DNA of 54,973 nt from positions 1-54,973 of IMG/VR virus record IMGVR_UViG_3300046752_000076; one strand, written 5' to 3'. A model generated the notes under the pieces. That model did no database searches, had not been told where the DNA came from, and was given only the letters and a program-made list of their open reading frames with translations. The position numbers and the translations under genes were made by a program. This DNA comes from a virus. Taxonomy: Duplodnaviria > Caudoviricetes. This document shows positions 54,501-54,973 of this stretch, piece after piece. Each line of letters starts with the position of its first letter. Within the stretch, counting starts at the first letter, position 1.

Positions 54501-54973
54501 GATGGAGATATTGCTCTTATCATTCTCTCAACGTGAGCAAACTGGGTTTTATTAAGATTAGTTGCTAATTTACGTAACTGATCTACAGACTTTTGAATAC
54601 CCTGTGTTGGCTTACGTATGCCAAAAGGAGCTTCGTTTCCTATTACTTCTAGGTAAGCGTTGATGCTATCTAGCTTACGTTCAAAATCTACTTCTTGCCC
54701 TCCAACAAAAGTTCTCCAATCAGAACCTTCAAGATCATTAAGCACATCATTCAAAGCGCCTATGCTTGGCTGAGAAGCTAAAAAGTCGTCTAATGTTTCT
54801 TCTACCACACCGCTATCAACAAGTCTCGAACCAATCCAAAGTCTATTGGCAAGCTGTTTACCCTCTGGTGTAGAAGCAAGTCTTTTAATATCTACAACCG
54901 TAGCTGCTATATCTTCGTAGTTCATCGGCCCTTTGGGTACATTCGTACGAACTTCTTTTGGAGCAGGCTGCGC
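48509..54973 (-). CDS. Giant internal virion/polyvalent protein, partial (5' end beyond the right edge)
   Basis: Frame stays open upstream of the track ATG (AQPAPKEVRTNVPKGP-M), giving at least 2154 aa; HELGH...EVFA zincin motif; C-terminal NYFPQVW and FQLKSYP region typical of ejection proteins. Confidence 0.8.
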   Translation of the reverse strand, partial: AQPAPKEVRTNVPKGPMNYEDIAATVVDIKRLASTPEGKQLANRLWIGSRLVDSGVVEETLDDFLASQPSIGALNDVLNDLEGSDWRTFVGGQEVDFERKLDSINAYLEVIGNEAPFGIRKPTQGIQKSVDQLRKLATNLNKTQFAHVERMIRAISPSDRAPIFERLKNYDLSVMMDDNVNGLYSAKAETFKDRTINSPNYMENLQAEAEGAVIMGDDFNRIFLDPDKMDRDGTKTGITGSFTIMHELGHWAYDNLMTPELKREFWEQVGEYYYANGKFDGGFVSDRVEGTLLDAHSPLVQINGKSAGVANAKQNAAEVFANQFATYAHHKYNAPIAPMSFFDKAADLIKKLWNHITNRHFVSKEYEAIFEKMIANKDEALRTRFTNPKDASSKLGKALQARYMEIREGIHAFKAAREGYPDLHDPAKLAFAARSIANAFSSITMTQRARGIAARRSSVDGKITPTDTVLIGRYTGAFKAIKGHKRMSDYAKQINEITASTDYTVSEAGDDSIIGGSVFHSDMEKDIIELWDKGLERYSEGKLDEINEAYLDIEYGDIPEAKLSDVVLSLRQANSFTPAKIEKIKNFEQKVKRVTNLNRAKFKKTMQTIMQDQGKVNAREFAGEVTKSTKGNDLNNYSLAEALSEYRRQIGKDGKPTEFGKKLSNRVKHLVNTETKDVVLTQEEQAIFNKMQSKEKTGGNQGIAVSVQQPEITLGLAMSADGQVIKGFGASPEQATNILKHLMRTRKQARKARQSTPVSNAIIIEQSQDMGTSFENGIPSNATMKMREYLRGITHRSNDTELAARTVTARMARLGSESLPQSIDANSYSSYRKAVRTAATNLQRSDDVTQAITFVGEALYSSNVITHASRNVLSKASQVLNISPEKLFADTLAEVNDINSSKPQLKSISRIMDGEDADLFDDFLEELEQDASEAAGYVLNGMIKSPVARERFSGITAYGDMIGSANPSKGSPRTRFVDRVPAEFAEDFSHEIISDYTASGYAAVREFTGDSVIPFYRDGVRDGVFGSGQYVTRAPSNTMENVREALISSAPVDKKEDATELVDQISLARAKINTARLDNSSSSAHIDKLYTMDDLLSEELQGLGVEVSTTVEPVFVRDTTPAVFIENMAGSDDLITTLIGQMRSLGKNREANDLDAITGVHTAEEMARKVVGIMGGVRKFKKSMQEAGFTSVNLGDVKMMLSNRNVRNIRSDVFEASTPVIGEGSQLHSVNGRIIQAVEGDNTIRVINQAAGELEEAGVPARTLEAMVAVARGRGMPADAAAEIRKSNIYNPFRTNSKIMNRSGIRNLANFFEPTDGSGGHFERTNARMGKFIIPLTKMLKELPDSKNKLTNYFRTGPQMMAESAMGAMGINPRRRMTQPASHLRIISALRDANKVGELDPSERITYDHVRGYLDEATGRLRASGALVGNLKKNYFPQVWRKDLIQADPEEFVRRLKKYFLAERNGTGEAAKAEAAARRVMQRLTDEDGVYSNPAQNFKRNADKAGDQSDHLDYTRLIRLDEFPEFADMDVPDSLGVFLENDLLVAMTKYSDNLEHRIDISEKFGVGAHGYHDYMAILSQPMNARQAIGKLLSSNKIITTNWTRSGMTDHGTKTQTFRNDYFYAPIKNKFEAEQKAQQLIDMARDGKTAPEIEANIMELLGDRLDDNPDAELLRNNFKKRASAIASALGDTKGLTDVPSNRNLQHAQGFMNSAMRRPIDGVHGTFSMRNASKWLRGVNAVTLLGFTTLTSLGDLVLPLVRTGDMGAYVKSLRKFAVDPEYRDMIRNIGAATENAVHQRLTVAHGVDSTQFMTGFFNATLLTPWTDMMRDVAAAVSYEHVKAQHRILKQRPNSRAGRIARRILNEEGLGELVQDQSLDLDMIMESRFTNNEHPMADKVSASMIKLTNQMIFTPNPNDIPLWAQTPLGAIAFQLKSYPLMMTRLINTVAGEAFRGNTTAERGANFAKAFVGQSDNRLAPLAALLVAGPAMGGIAVGTKDIIQGRGGEDNREFTLRERKLSETLTTAFEENEDMDMLMGWYFDGMIALGGLGLIGELMYDIASQSDNGAYGAQRNLETIGGPTVGLFNDATTVLQGARSWWDQDDTNGEKRAAVREVVGRVPVLGGVSWAKEGIVDSVAGERSKKGGSKSGWGNGWG

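Noticed and set aside
54926-54973. Window is a closed circle joining 54973 to 1
   Set aside because: The join shifts the reading frame by one base and no terminal overlap is visible.
1-54973. Genome-wide stop-codon reassignment
   Set aside because: Standard code gives dense, full-length genes ending in TAA, TAG and TGA; only the junction at 40754 is anomalous.

Overview
The window is most of the genome of a temperate, short-tailed (podovirus-like) dsDNA phage in unintegrated form; no host genes are visible. An alphaproteobacterial, probably marine, host is inferred from the tRNA-Ser fragment, promoter style and gene content. Bases 1-26223 (- strand) hold the morphogenesis genes: TerS, TerL, portal, a tail-fibre cassette, a 2OG-Fe(II) oxygenase, seven tiny Lys-rich proteins, scaffold, major capsid, adaptor, nozzle and ejection proteins. 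Bases 26637-35736 (+ strand, more GC-rich) hold early genes, including a C5-methyltransferase-like protein, a P-loop kinase, a MoxR/CobS-like AAA+ and VWA pair, and a SleB hydrolase. Bases 36025-45416 (- strand) hold attP, tyrosine integrase, regulators, the lysis module, a resolvase, a putative origin, primase-polymerase/helicase and a Cro-like gene. Bases 45520-48512 (+ strand) hold Sak4/SSB/Cas4-like recombination genes, followed by the C-terminal part of a giant virion protein whose probable N-terminus is at 1-724. Main observations: (1) attP carries a promoter plus the 5' half of tRNA-Ser(GCT) rather than the usual 3' half; (2) a GGACGAC-N17-19-(-10 box) motif precedes nearly every late unit; (3) the palindrome CGTACG is about four-fold over-represented by hand count; (4) seven tightly packed, very basic micro-proteins lie behind two GGACGAC promoters; (5) an unlisted CTG-start or read-through PD-(D/E)XK nuclease sits in the lysis module. 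Family assignments come from motif recognition, not database searches.
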